Positions 49,016 through 59,000 of a DNA stretch of 64,000 nt are shown here, piece after piece. This stretch comes from a virus. Numbering within the stretch: the first letter of the stretch is position 1; every line of letters begins with the position of its first letter. The notes beneath the pieces are model-generated. The model made no database searches. It was not told the DNA's origin and saw only the letters and a list, made by a program, of their open reading frames with translations. The translations under genes were made by a program, and so were the position numbers. Location of the stretch: positions 105,855 to 169,854 of IMG/VR virus record IMGVR_UViG_3300035670_010555, one strand, 5' to 3'.

Positions 49016-49636
49016 ATGGAATTTTTAATTACAGAATCTCAACTAAGAGTTCTTCTTCAAGAAGAAGAAAAATCCCAACTTGGTTTATACGTGAAAAACA
49101 TGTATGCCTTTACAAAACAAATGTTAAATAAAGTTTTCAAATCTTATGGTATAAATCTAAGAATGTTGTTGACTTGGGGTACATCAGTTGGAGGTTTGGT
49201 TCTTCCTCTTGACCAATATTTGAGAACTCAGCATTTAGGTTTGGATGAAGACCAAAGAATGTTGGTATTAGTGGGAATTATTTTTGCGTTATTTTTCGAG
49301 ACCAAAAGACCATTCATGAAAATTATGTCCTTGATTAAGGAAAATGGTTTGGAAAATATTTTTCAAGATGGACTTCGAAAAGGAACACAATTAAGAGATG
49401 CGTTTACAAACTTTTTATCGTCGACAAACACAGGAGTTGGGACATTTTTGGAGGCTATCGCCTACAGTTTCCTAATTCCTATTATTACAGATTTTCAATC
49501 CGTATTAGGCCAAACGGAAGACATTGAAACCGCAGCAATATTAATTGCTGAAAGATTGTTGGCCGCAGGAGTTATCTTAGTCGGAAGGCAAGCCTTAATT
49601 GATGTAGTAAAAAATATTTTGAAAAGATTAGGATAA
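49016..49636 (+). CDS. Hypothetical late protein
   Basis: LITESQL leader, hydrophobic segments. Confidence 0.55.
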   Translation: MEFLITESQLRVLLQEEEKSQLGLYVKNMYAFTKQMLNKVFKSYGINLRMLLTWGTSVGGLVLPLDQYLRTQHLGLDEDQRMLVLVGIIFALFFETKRPFMKIMSLIKENGLENIFQDGLRKGTQLRDAFTNFLSSTNTGVGTFLEAIAYSFLIPIITDFQSVLGQTEDIETAAILIAERLLAAGVILVGRQALIDVVKNILKRLG

Positions 49637-49643
49637 CAATAAT

Positions 49644-50036
49644 TTAGTCTACAAGATTAACAACTTCGGTACAAACTAATGGATTTTCTATTCCGAAGTA
49701 AATTAAAACATCCGATAATAAATCATTGGTTTTACGAACTACCATATAATAAGACCCACTTTCGGCGGTTAAAGTTCTCTGTCCCGCTAAATCTTTAATT
49801 GCTGAAAAATATATATCTGACCCACCTCCTGATGGTAGAATATAAAGCGTGTATTCAATATATTCTTTGTCAATGACTTGTCTATAAATTTTTGTCCCTG
49901 ATAATTCCATCTTGAATTTTGTCTGAAATTTGAAAATGGGAGATTCATCGGCACCAGGAGGAGCCCATTCCAAATCGAATGTATGTGTTTCTAAAAATCT
50001 ATTGATTTTGTTCCATAACGGACTTGATGGTTCCAT
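49644..50036 (-). CDS. Hypothetical protein
   Basis: 130-aa ORF. Confidence 0.5.
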   Translation of the reverse strand: MEPSSPLWNKINRFLETHTFDLEWAPPGADESPIFKFQTKFKMELSGTKIYRQVIDKEYIEYTLYILPSGGGSDIYFSAIKDLAGQRTLTAESGSYYMVVRKTNDLLSDVLIYFGIENPLVCTEVVNLVD

Positions 50037-50039
50037 ATC

Positions 50040-50312
50040 CTATAATTCTTCTATTTCGACAACCAATTGGTCCGGTCCTTTTATGACTCTGTGCCAAACA
50101 AATTTGGGAATGTGAATATGACTGGCCCGAGACAATTTGACTGGCAATTCATTTTCCATTTGAAATGACCATCCACCATCTTCGATAATGGTTACATTTC
50201 GGTCATTAAAGTCTTGGTGCCACTTTAATTCTTCTTCCTCCACATCAGGACTAAACGTCCTGATTTTTTTATTATCAACTTCTATTTGTTCAAAAGGAAA
50301 ATCCATTACCAA
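50040..50312 (-). CDS. Cupin-like phage protein
   Basis: EL.WH.D..DR...W.FQ..N..P...IP...WHRVIKG. Confidence 0.6.
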   Translation of the reverse strand: MVMDFPFEQIEVDNKKIRTFSPDVEEEELKWHQDFNDRNVTIIEDGGWSFQMENELPVKLSRASHIHIPKFVWHRVIKGPDQLVVEIEEL

Positions 50313-50929
50313 GAATTTGAAGATGATAATCCGAGTTGTTTTGCGTAACGACCTACATTACAGCTCCAGTATCCTGCAGTGGTTCTGTCTTTCTTTTGGT
50401 CACATTTATGTCGTGCTCTAAATGATTTCGCAGCTCCCTTATTTTTATTTCTAACTCTTAAGTTAGGGTCGCCAAAAGAAACTTTTTTAATACCACCACT
50501 TTTAGATTTCACATAAACCGCAAATTTCTTTGGCCCTCCGGAAGTTCTAAATGGTTTATTCAACTTAACATTTTTACCTCTATGTTTCGCTTCTTCCAAA
50601 ACGTCTTCCTCATCTTCATCTTCATTCACAAATGGGGCATCAAGATAAATTAATTGACCTTTAATCATTACTTTTTTACCTAAGTCTGATTCAACCATCA
50701 AAGTATCCTCTTCATTCAGTTCGATTTTACCTGCTTCCCACAATCTTCTTACTTCATTTACCAAATCGAAATAACTTTCAGAATAAGCTCTGAAAATGTT
50801 ATTTGTCAAAGTTAATTCATTATCAACATGGTATTTTAATGCCTCAGAAAGTTCAACAGATTCTTTAATAATTAAAGATTTGTTCAAATGGTCTTCTAAT
50901 GTTTCTTTGATAAGTTCCCTTAAATCCAT
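50306..50929 (-). CDS. Conserved phage protein with basic Cys/His C-terminal domain
   Basis: KKF.VYV...KKVSFGDP...SFRARHKC...AGYWSC. Confidence 0.65.
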   Translation of the reverse strand: MDLRELIKETLEDHLNKSLIIKESVELSEALKYHVDNELTLTNNIFRAYSESYFDLVNEVRRLWEAGKIELNEEDTLMVESDLGKKVMIKGQLIYLDAPFVNEDEDEEDVLEEAKHRGKNVKLNKPFRTSGGPKKFAVYVKSKSGGIKKVSFGDPNLRVRNKNKGAAKSFRARHKCDQKKDRTTAGYWSCNVGRYAKQLGLSSSNSW

Positions 50930-50955
50930 TGGTATGCTATTTCTTATAAATACTC

Positions 50956-51573
50956 TTATTCCTTATTAAATTTAATCTTCCAATATACCCCTCCCATTAT
51001 GTATGGAGTGAAACTACCTGTTACCCCATCAAAAGTTCTATTTGCAACACCTCCACCAATTTGAAATATTTTATCGTCTTTGGTTTTCAATAATACACTT
51101 GTACCTAGTGAATTAACCCAATCTTGGTGACTTAAAGCCCCATTCAATCCAATATAAACTTGGTTCCTAACTTTCGGTGGTTCAGGTACAGGTTCCCTAA
51201 CTATCTTGGGTTTGACATTTGCGGTAAACTTTCTTGAAACAACATTATTTTGTGAAATGGTGTCAAATAAATATATAAACCCCTGATTATTATTCAACGT
51301 TATTGTATCCTGTACGAAATTTTTCAAGTAAAAATTTTTGAGAATGAATGCGGTGTCAACTATTGGAGTCGGTGCGGGTACTTCAACAATTTTCTCCACT
51401 TCAACCTCGTATGGTACTTCGACCTCCACTTCATAAATAACTTCTTGAGGTATTGTATCATAAATTAATTTTTCTTCTATTTCAATTTGTGGAGGGACGA
51501 AAAATTGTAAGAATATTATTATGCCCACCATTATGAGTATTATTATGTGTCTAATATCAAATATCTTTTTCAT
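50956..51573 (-). CDS. Membrane-anchored protein with C-terminal beta-strands
   Basis: N-terminal TM, V/E/P repeats, GGVYWKI end. Confidence 0.55.
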   Translation of the reverse strand: MKKIFDIRHIIILIMVGIIIFLQFFVPPQIEIEEKLIYDTIPQEVIYEVEVEVPYEVEVEKIVEVPAPTPIVDTAFILKNFYLKNFVQDTITLNNNQGFIYLFDTISQNNVVSRKFTANVKPKIVREPVPEPPKVRNQVYIGLNGALSHQDWVNSLGTSVLLKTKDDKIFQIGGGVANRTFDGVTGSFTPYIMGGVYWKIKFNKE

Positions 51574-51577
51574 ATCG

Positions 51578-52897
51578 TTATAGGATTAATCTTGATCCAA
51601 TCAAGAAGTTACTTAAGATTGGGGAACCTGATGCTCCCAATGCTCTGTAGTTTAGGCTCAGACCGAATCTTTTACTAATTCGGTAATCAAATGAGGAACC
51701 AACCAAAAATGAAAATTGTCTATTAACCGTCGTTTCTCTTATTTTGGGGTTATATGATATTGGTGAATTCATAAGAAAAACCTGTGGTGACAATGTAATT
51801 TTTGAATTTACGGTATATGGTTTTGTCCAAAACACAACTGCGGAAGTTGAGAGAGATAAGTTAAATACCGATTTCTTTTCAGAATCTTTTAACAATAAAG
51901 TAATTACACCAACGTTATATCCATAGGTACCGTATTTTTCACTTGGTTTAATATTCGTATATCCAACTAACCCCATATAATTTCCTTCCAAGTAGGCGCC
52001 TGTAACTGAATACGAATGAATCCGATTCAACTTACCATCTTGAAAGTCCATCTTGGTATATCCTCCACCTACTGCAAATTGATTTAATGTACTCCAAATC
52101 ATTGCATTTGCACTCCAAGATTCGTTTCCTGCCAACGATGATTGGCTCACTCCGAATGATGCGATTACACTATATTTCAAATCAGGTCCTTGTGCGGTTG
52201 TCAAATCAGACGCAACCAACATTGGATTTACGGGGGCTGCTTTCTTTTTTTCACCTTTACCTTTTTCATCTGAACTTTCATCCCCACTTTCACTTGAATC
52301 TCCTCCTTCGGATCCACCTTCTTCTGAACTACCTTCACTGGAATTCGATTCACTTGAACTTGATTCACTTGAACTTGATTCTCCCGTACTATTTCCCGAA
52401 CTTGTTTCACTCGATGAGGACTGTGATGATGAACTCGAACTTGTTGAGGAAGAAGAGGATGATGTTGTGGAAGAAGCTGCAGAGGACGCAGAAGAAGAAG
52501 CCGCTGATGATGCTGAAGATGATGCCGCTGAGGAAGCTGCTGATGACGCAGCGGAGGATGCTGCTGAAGAGGCGGCGGCTGATGCGGCATTTGCTGCGGC
52601 TTGTGATACTGCTTGTGTGACAGTTTGGGTTACTACCTCATTTGCCGGACATGGAGTGGAAAAAATTCCATTAACCCACATTGTGACTTCTCCTGAAATA
52701 AATTGTTGGTATGTAAATGTTTTGGATTTGTTTCTGACGATGACTAATATACCACTGTTTGATTGTATCGGTATAGAAACAACATATGTTTTTGAATCAC
52801 AGGGGTCAATGTAAGTTTGAGTTACTACTTGCCCCTGTGATTCGTGGTAAAATAATACCACAAAAAATAACATTAAAAATATTTTTAGACTTTTCAA
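51578..52897 (-). CDS. Secreted Ser/Ala-linker protein with putative outer-membrane beta-barrel
   Basis: Signal peptide, (SAAS)n linker, amphipathic beta-strands to C-terminus. Confidence 0.6.
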   Translation of the reverse strand: MKSLKIFLMLFFVVLFYHESQGQVVTQTYIDPCDSKTYVVSIPIQSNSGILVIVRNKSKTFTYQQFISGEVTMWVNGIFSTPCPANEVVTQTVTQAVSQAAANAASAAASSAASSAASSAASSAASSSASSAASSSASSAASSTTSSSSSSTSSSSSSQSSSSETSSGNSTGESSSSESSSSESNSSEGSSEEGGSEGGDSSESGDESSDEKGKGEKKKAAPVNPMLVASDLTTAQGPDLKYSVIASFGVSQSSLAGNESWSANAMIWSTLNQFAVGGGYTKMDFQDGKLNRIHSYSVTGAYLEGNYMGLVGYTNIKPSEKYGTYGYNVGVITLLLKDSEKKSVFNLSLSTSAVVFWTKPYTVNSKITLSPQVFLMNSPISYNPKIRETTVNRQFSFLVGSSFDYRISKRFGLSLNYRALGASGSPILSNFLIGSRLIL

Positions 52898-52919
52898 TTA
52901 TCATCGGTTTCAAAATATT

Positions 52920-53648
52920 TTATTCTGTGAATATTCCTTTTTTAATCATTCTATCCAAAATTCTGGCACAAGCAATGTCGAGCGCTTTTTTGGTCGCAAT
53001 AGATATTGTAGATTGATTGAATTTGACTGGGTCAACTGTAGCATCTGATAAAAGTGTTAGTTCTCTTGTCGTTACTGCTTCACCCAAACCTGATGCTCCA
53101 AAAACAACACCTGTTTCCGCATTTGTGAATCTAACTTGAAGGCCAATACGTGTCACCATCATATTTTTAACTCCGTCTTTTAGATTCACAGTTTCGTCCT
53201 CAGATACAGAATAATCATAACATTCTATTGTTACAAAATATTCCGCCAAGTTAATTTTACCAAAGCCATCTAATTGATTTTCAGAAATACCCGCTTGTGA
53301 TGCTTGGAATTGTTTGACCATTCGGTTTTTGATTTCTGTCTTGTCTTCAGTGAATTTGAATCTGTTAAGATTCTCAAGATATTCCATCGAGATGTTTGCA
53401 ACCCCCAAACCAACTCTTTTTTCTTTTAACTCAGGATACATCTCATACATTTCATCAGATATACCAGCCTTTAATATTTGAATTGGTATTTGTTTTCCTT
53501 CATAATCCATAAATTGACTAATATCAATTGCAGTTTCGAATGATGCCTTGTATTGTTCTGTTTTTGTGGAACCAACTGTTTGAGCAAACAAACCGTTACT
53601 CATAATCAATGCCGATGATAATATCAATAAATTTTTCATATTTACCAT
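52920..53648 (-). CDS. CsgG/TolB-N-like secreted protein
   Basis: Signal peptide; LGVANI..E.L....RF...E, AEYFV..E.YDY, I.LQVRF.N.ETG fold pattern. Confidence 0.6.
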   Translation of the reverse strand: MVNMKNLLILSSALIMSNGLFAQTVGSTKTEQYKASFETAIDISQFMDYEGKQIPIQILKAGISDEMYEMYPELKEKRVGLGVANISMEYLENLNRFKFTEDKTEIKNRMVKQFQASQAGISENQLDGFGKINLAEYFVTIECYDYSVSEDETVNLKDGVKNMMVTRIGLQVRFTNAETGVVFGASGLGEAVTTRELTLLSDATVDPVKFNQSTISIATKKALDIACARILDRMIKKGIFTE

Positions 53649-53706
53649 TGTTTTATTGTTTCAAAAAACGTACTCATTATTTTGTTCCAAATCTTTTTCC
53701 ACTTCA

Positions 53707-54045
53707 TTATTCTTCTATTGATTCACTGTTAGACCCCAAAGTGTTGCTCAAAGATACACCATCCTCTTCATCCATTTTTTGAACCAACATTTTATCTTTA
53801 TCAGTATCAGAGAACCAATAATCAATAATTTTACCATAAGAACCAATAAAGGCTCCCAACATAAGAAGTAGTAATTCTTTCCATTCTTGTCCTACCGTAG
53901 TATTCATATGTATCGATATTACAATACCCACCGTAAGTAATAAGAATGTTAATAACACAATTGCAGTTATTAACCATCTTCGTTTCATCATAGAATTCAG
54001 TAGTTCCCTGAATCCCGTGTTCATTGATTGATTAATTTGTGACAT
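53707..54045 (-). CDS. 2-TM membrane protein
   Basis: KELLLLMLGAFIG...IIDYWF. Confidence 0.6.
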   Translation of the reverse strand: MSQINQSMNTGFRELLNSMMKRRWLITAIVLLTFLLLTVGIVISIHMNTTVGQEWKELLLLMLGAFIGSYGKIIDYWFSDTDKDKMLVQKMDEEDGVSLSNTLGSNSESIEE

Positions 54046-54069
54046 ACTTTTTATTTTAATACGTGTCTT

Positions 54070-54231
54070 TTATGGTCTATGTGGCCAAGCCCATCCTTTA
54101 TTCTTACCTCTTAAAAGTAGATAAGTCGCTCCTCCGAAGAATATTGTTAAAAACAAAATTGGAGATTTAATTACAAATAAAGTTACCATCAACAACGTGA
54201 TGAGAACTAAAAAACTTAAAAATTGTTCCAT
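54070..54231 (-). CDS. Small membrane protein (53 aa)
   Basis: Manual translation MEQFLSFLVLITLL... Confidence 0.5.
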   Translation of the reverse strand: MEQFLSFLVLITLLMVTLFVIKSPILFLTIFFGGATYLLLRGKNKGWAWPHRP

Positions 54232-54236
54232 AATTT

Positions 54237-54557
54237 TTACCATTTTGGAGCGGTTTCTTTGAACTCATCTCCTTCTTTTTTCTTAGGTTTATCTGTCGCC
54301 GCAGGTTTTGCTGATTCACTTGATTTTTCTCTAATAATTACAGTCTCTTTACCACCAGACTGTTGTTGATTGTTATTATTGATAATAATCGGAGTTTGTT
54401 GTTGTACAGGTGCGGCAACTTCTTCGTCTCCGCCATTTATTAATTTATTTGTAACAACTCCGCCAGCTCCCAACACAGCAGTAGTTAACAATCCGATGAT
54501 TGTTTTCTTTAATCCTGACCAAGTTCCGTCATTATGGTCTTCTGTTTCTTCACTCAT
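54237..54557 (-). CDS. Single-TM protein with disordered tail
   Basis: KTIIGLLTTAVLGAGG; PIIINN; Q-rich. Confidence 0.55.
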   Translation of the reverse strand: MSEETEDHNDGTWSGLKKTIIGLLTTAVLGAGGVVTNKLINGGDEEVAAPVQQQTPIIINNNNQQQSGGKETVIIREKSSESAKPAATDKPKKKEGDEFKETAPKW

Positions 54558-54572
54558 ATTATTTTAATTTAT

Positions 54573-54935
54573 TTAGTTTATTATTATTGGGTATTTAACT
54601 TCTTTGCCCGAGATATCTATGAAAACCATATCATAATATCCTTGTTGTATCTTATTCAAATCATACACCTTATGTGTAATTGTTTCTGTTGCAGTAAATC
54701 CTTCTTTTGTTATTGGAGTCATCGATCCGAATGGAATAAATTGAATCGAATATTTTGCACCGATTGTTGTATTGAATTCTACAATAACTACATTTTCGCT
54801 TTGGAAAACTGATTTAATAGACGTGGATGATGATTCTTTACCCAATTCGATAATTGGCATCTCATCATAATATGGGTTATTACACCCTTGTAATAAAACT
54901 CCTATAACTCCTAATACAATTATTATTTTTTTCAT
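54573..54935 (-). CDS. Lipoprotein with Ig-like domain
   Basis: LQGC lipobox; GYYD...D..G...KYPII. Confidence 0.6.
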   Translation of the reverse strand: MKKIIIVLGVIGVLLQGCNNPYYDEMPIIELGKESSSTSIKSVFQSENVVIVEFNTTIGAKYSIQFIPFGSMTPITKEGFTATETITHKVYDLNKIQQGYYDMVFIDISGKEVKYPIIIN

Positions 54936-54936
54936 T

Positions 54937-57066
54937 TTAGAAATTGTTATATCCTGTTAATTTTATTTGATTAGTATTCAAATTAATACCTAATTGATTT
55001 CCCTTCACCGCACTTGCGTCCATAGTTGAAGAAACTTTAATTGAGGTCAAGATGTCAACACCATTACCAATGGTTGAGAACTTTAATTTGAAAGGAGTTA
55101 AGTTTCCATTCAGAGGAGTTTTTTCACCTTGGTCTATGGCACCAAATTTAATTTTACCATTAACGGGATTTACAAATAAGTACCATGTATTTGGTAAATT
55201 TGGAGACAACTCTTCGAATTTTATCTTTGTTGGGTCATATTCAAACTCAAATTGTAGTCCTGTGACCAAATTTCCTTTTGTATTTATGTTAACGGGAATT
55301 TCGATACTATTTGAGGTTACAGTAACATTTGATAGATTAACATCTATGGATGGTACTGTATTAGGAGTGTTTATAAATGACTCCGTAGACATATATCTAA
55401 ATGCCGTGTTTGTTTTCAAACTATTTGATGCTCTACTCACTACGGATGCAACCCCATTGTTACTTACAACCACCTGAGATGAATGAGATCTATTGACGTC
55501 TCCCCACAAAAGATATTTCAAGTCCAATGTTGTGTTTGTTCCAATAGTCCCTGTTTTAATATAAGTTTTAGGGTAATCAAAAGAATTCCAATTGGAAGTT
55601 GTAATTGCTCCCCACGAATGAGATGGTGAGTTATTGAATATAAATTCTGATCTTATGCCGAAGTCAGGACCTCCATTAATATTTCTTATATATGGAGTAT
55701 AAGTTGATGTACCTATCGAAGGTATGCTAGATGGTATTCTAAAAGTTGCCCAAGTTGCATCTTTAGAAACAAATTCTACAGGTCCGACATACAAATCAAA
55801 TAACTGAAGGGACTTTATATTATCAGGTAAAATGTTTGTATTATCGAATTCTCTCAAGTCTATTAATATTCTTGACACATTTTGAGAATAATGGTTTGGT
55901 GTTAATACCGCCCATTCAACTTGTCCCGCGATAGTAGTTGCGTCAGTTGACATCCAAGTAGGGACACTGATATATCCACCACTACCTTGTGTATATCCAT
56001 CTGGAACTGTAACTAAAGCATCAATTCCGACAACTTGTGCTAATAATTTTGGTAAATCACCAGCATCGATTGTTTTATTTCTATTGATGTCTACGGCATA
56101 TAATGATTGTCCTGAATTTATTGTTTGTCCTTTACTACCATCCAATCCCATAGTTAAAAATTCACCCTGTGCTGAAGTGAAGTCGGAGATTGTAATGGAA
56201 CCATTATAAATCGTATTTAATTTATCTAATTCGTGCATTACCGAAACTTCATAAACTTTATTTTCTAATAATGATGCTTGGTTAATGTCAACGTTTCCGT
56301 TTGACAACACATTAAATTGTTGACCCACGTTTGTTAATGTATCTCTAAAAGATACTCTTAGGTTTGTTAAATTTAGTAAATTAGAATTTACATCAACTTT
56401 TGCAGTAACTAATTTTCCCGTATTTTGATTTAGTATTACATCGGTTGAAAGGGGTGAATCCATAATTGTTGGGATTATTGACCCTGAGCCATTCCAAGCC
56501 GCAACAAAATTCAATTTGACTGGATTAAATGAATTCGAGGTTGATGATTGTTTGACCCTAAATCTCATAATCAAAAATTGCGATGGAGATGTACCGTTTA
56601 CTCCGGTCGAGCTGGCCCATGTTAATATAATTCTCAAAATAGAATTTCCTCCATTTGGATTGAAGGAATAATTCAGTCCACTGGTAAATCTTGTACTACC
56701 ATTTGTGTTTGTTGTATTTCCAGCATAGGTATATCCGGGATAATTTTGCCAAGATAATTGCGGGTTAGAATTTTGTGGGAGAATACCTCCACTATCAACG
56801 GTTCCAGTATGATTTATGGAAACTAAGTCAAAATTGGCAATATCAAACTGTACATCAAATAATAATTGTCTTGTTTGTGTATCATTATTACCGTTTGCCA
56901 ATACAATAACATCAAACTCGTCGCCTCTATCAATTACTTCACCATTCAAATCTGTGATTGTCCTTTCATCGGATAGATTAAATCTCATATTCGATTGTCC
57001 AAAAGAAGCGAATGACATTAATAAAAGTGATACTAATAATATTTTTTTCATTTTAGTTTGTTTCAA
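54937..57066 (-). CDS. Secreted cohesin/dockerin-like multidomain protein
   Basis: Signal peptide; cohesin-like N and C domains (GLQFEFEYDP..I.F); dockerin/EF-hand-like DINRNKTIDAGD and GDVN. Confidence 0.6.
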   Translation of the reverse strand: MKQTKMKKILLVSLLLMSFASFGQSNMRFNLSDERTITDLNGEVIDRGDEFDVIVLANGNNDTQTRQLLFDVQFDIANFDLVSINHTGTVDSGGILPQNSNPQLSWQNYPGYTYAGNTTNTNGSTRFTSGLNYSFNPNGGNSILRIILTWASSTGVNGTSPSQFLIMRFRVKQSSTSNSFNPVKLNFVAAWNGSGSIIPTIMDSPLSTDVILNQNTGKLVTAKVDVNSNLLNLTNLRVSFRDTLTNVGQQFNVLSNGNVDINQASLLENKVYEVSVMHELDKLNTIYNGSITISDFTSAQGEFLTMGLDGSKGQTINSGQSLYAVDINRNKTIDAGDLPKLLAQVVGIDALVTVPDGYTQGSGGYISVPTWMSTDATTIAGQVEWAVLTPNHYSQNVSRILIDLREFDNTNILPDNIKSLQLFDLYVGPVEFVSKDATWATFRIPSSIPSIGTSTYTPYIRNINGGPDFGIRSEFIFNNSPSHSWGAITTSNWNSFDYPKTYIKTGTIGTNTTLDLKYLLWGDVNRSHSSQVVVSNNGVASVVSRASNSLKTNTAFRYMSTESFINTPNTVPSIDVNLSNVTVTSNSIEIPVNINTKGNLVTGLQFEFEYDPTKIKFEELSPNLPNTWYLFVNPVNGKIKFGAIDQGEKTPLNGNLTPFKLKFSTIGNGVDILTSIKVSSTMDASAVKGNQLGINLNTNQIKLTGYNNF

Positions 57067-57547
57067 ATAATTTAGTTACCAAGTTATCGCTCGCTTTCTT
57101 TAGAGCGTTACTTAATGATTGTTGATTGAAGTTTCCTCCACCGTCGACAATAAGAGTTGACATGGATATTTCGGAAGATTCTTCCTCCGCAATAACTTCC
57201 TTGACTTTTTTTCCATCGATTTTTAGAACTCCTTTCAATCTGATTACAACAGATTCTTTGTCTTTGTGAAATACAGAGACATTCGACTTGGTTTTTAATA
57301 CATCCAAGTAGATAATTTCAATAGATAATTTTTGATTGGAGTCGGGGTTTAGGTCGAAATTTTTTTCTTGTAAAAATTCCTCTGTGATGTTTCTCACACC
57401 GAATTCTAAATTTCGGTTTCCTGCGAGATTTCCTATTTGAATCTTGTTTACAACAGATTCAACCCATATTTCATTGGTAGTTTTTGTATTGTCGTGAGGC
57501 ATTATGGATAACATAATACTAGCCACGTATAGTAACAGTATTTTCAT
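57053..57547 (-). CDS. Secreted alpha/beta protein (CsgG/LptE-like), first gene of envelope operon
   Basis: Signal peptide; FGVRNITEE.L; S.ALKKA. Confidence 0.5.
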   Translation of the reverse strand: MKILLLYVASIMLSIMPHDNTKTTNEIWVESVVNKIQIGNLAGNRNLEFGVRNITEEFLQEKNFDLNPDSNQKLSIEIIYLDVLKTKSNVSVFHKDKESVVIRLKGVLKIDGKKVKEVIAEEESSEISMSTLIVDGGGNFNQQSLSNALKKASDNLVTKLFETN

Positions 57548-57670
57548 TCGATAGTATCTTGGTACTCATAAATATCACAAAATTTAATTTTGTCCTAAAT
57601 TTTTAGTTTGTGTCAAAGTGAATATCTTACTGTACTAAGACAATATTTATCAATATAAAAATAAATTACT

Positions 57671-58498
57671 ATGATACTAAAGAATGGGTCTAAAGGAGAA
57701 GACGTTAAAAAACTCCAAGTAAAATTAGGTTTGGGAACCGATGGCATATTCGGTTCTGGTACAGAAGCTGCGGTTAAAAAATGGCAAGCGGCTAATGGAT
57801 TAACTGCTGACGGTATTGTTGGTGAAGGTACTTGGACAAAGATGTTCGGAGAGAAGCAACTAATCACAGAGCCATCGACTCCAATCGTTAATGCAGGTCC
57901 TTTGAAGTTGGAAAATTTGAAGGGTCACATTCCTGATGTGGTACTTGCTCAGATTCCTGATTCTGCAAAGAAATTCAACATTTCAAATCCACTAAGATTG
58001 GCTCACTTTTTAGCTCAGTGTGGGCACGAATCTGCGGGATTCAAAGCAGTTCAAGAAAATCTTAACTATTCTGCTGATGGTTTGAAAAAAATATTTCCAA
58101 AATATTTTCCAGGAAATCTAGCAGAAGGTTACGCAAGAAACCCTGAAAAAATCGCTTCAAAAGTTTATGGAAGTAGAATGGGTAATGGAGATGAAACAAC
58201 AAAAGAAGGTTTCAAGTTTAGAGGTCGTGGATATATCCAATTGACAGGAAAGGATAACTATACCAGATTTGCCCAATTCATCGGTGAAGATACTGTATCT
58301 AATCCTGATTTAGTTGCAACAAAATACCCTTTGGCTTCAGCAGCATTTTTCTTTGACTCAAATAAATTGTGGGCAATTTGTGATAGGGGATCTGATGATG
58401 CAACAGTAACCGCAGTAACTAAAAGAGTTAATGGTGGTACAATCGGATTGGCCGATAGAATCAAACACTTCAAAGAGTATTTCGCACTTTTGAAATAA
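57671..58498 (+). CDS. Endolysin: peptidoglycan-binding domain plus GH19
   Basis: GSKGEDVKKLQ..DGIFG..T..AVK.WQ; HFLAQCGHES, ENLNYS, FRGRGYIQLTGK.NY, VNGG. Confidence 0.92.
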   Translation: MILKNGSKGEDVKKLQVKLGLGTDGIFGSGTEAAVKKWQAANGLTADGIVGEGTWTKMFGEKQLITEPSTPIVNAGPLKLENLKGHIPDVVLAQIPDSAKKFNISNPLRLAHFLAQCGHESAGFKAVQENLNYSADGLKKIFPKYFPGNLAEGYARNPEKIASKVYGSRMGNGDETTKEGFKFRGRGYIQLTGKDNYTRFAQFIGEDTVSNPDLVATKYPLASAAFFFDSNKLWAICDRGSDDATVTAVTKRVNGGTIGLADRIKHFKEYFALLK

Positions 58499-58593
58499 GT
58501 CGTTTTACGATAAACTGAAATAAAAATAATTATTTACTCCGATAATTTTGTCGGAGTAAATTTTTATTGTATTTTCGTTAAACAAAACTAAAC

Positions 58594-58848
58594 ATGACGA
58601 CAATGAACATTTCCTCCGCAATCTCAGATTTCAAGTGGGTAATTAAAGTACTCAAATCTGCCGAAAACAAAGAACAACTGAACACAACAATGAAATGTTT
58701 TAACCTTTGGGAAACTAAGCACGTCAATGATAAACTCAGTGAATCGGATAAAGAAGTCATCAAATATTTGAGATACCAATTTTGGAGTTTTTTCAGAAAT
58801 AAAAATTCGAGATATGATTCTCAAAATGTAAAAAATTTGTTCTGTTGA
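58594..58848 (+). CDS. Hypothetical protein
   Basis: 84-aa ORF. Confidence 0.5.
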   Translation: MTTMNISSAISDFKWVIKVLKSAENKEQLNTTMKCFNLWETKHVNDKLSESDKEVIKYLRYQFWSFFRNKNSRYDSQNVKNLFC

Positions 58849-59000
58849 TATTACTGTACGGACTTTTTTACAAATCATCATATTTATTTATACAATCGCT
58901 CACAAAGTGAGTGTTCTCATATATCCCTTTTACAAGACCCACAAATTTATTTGGTGGGTCTTACTTTTTTTCGTATATTTGTCTAAACCTAAAAATTATT

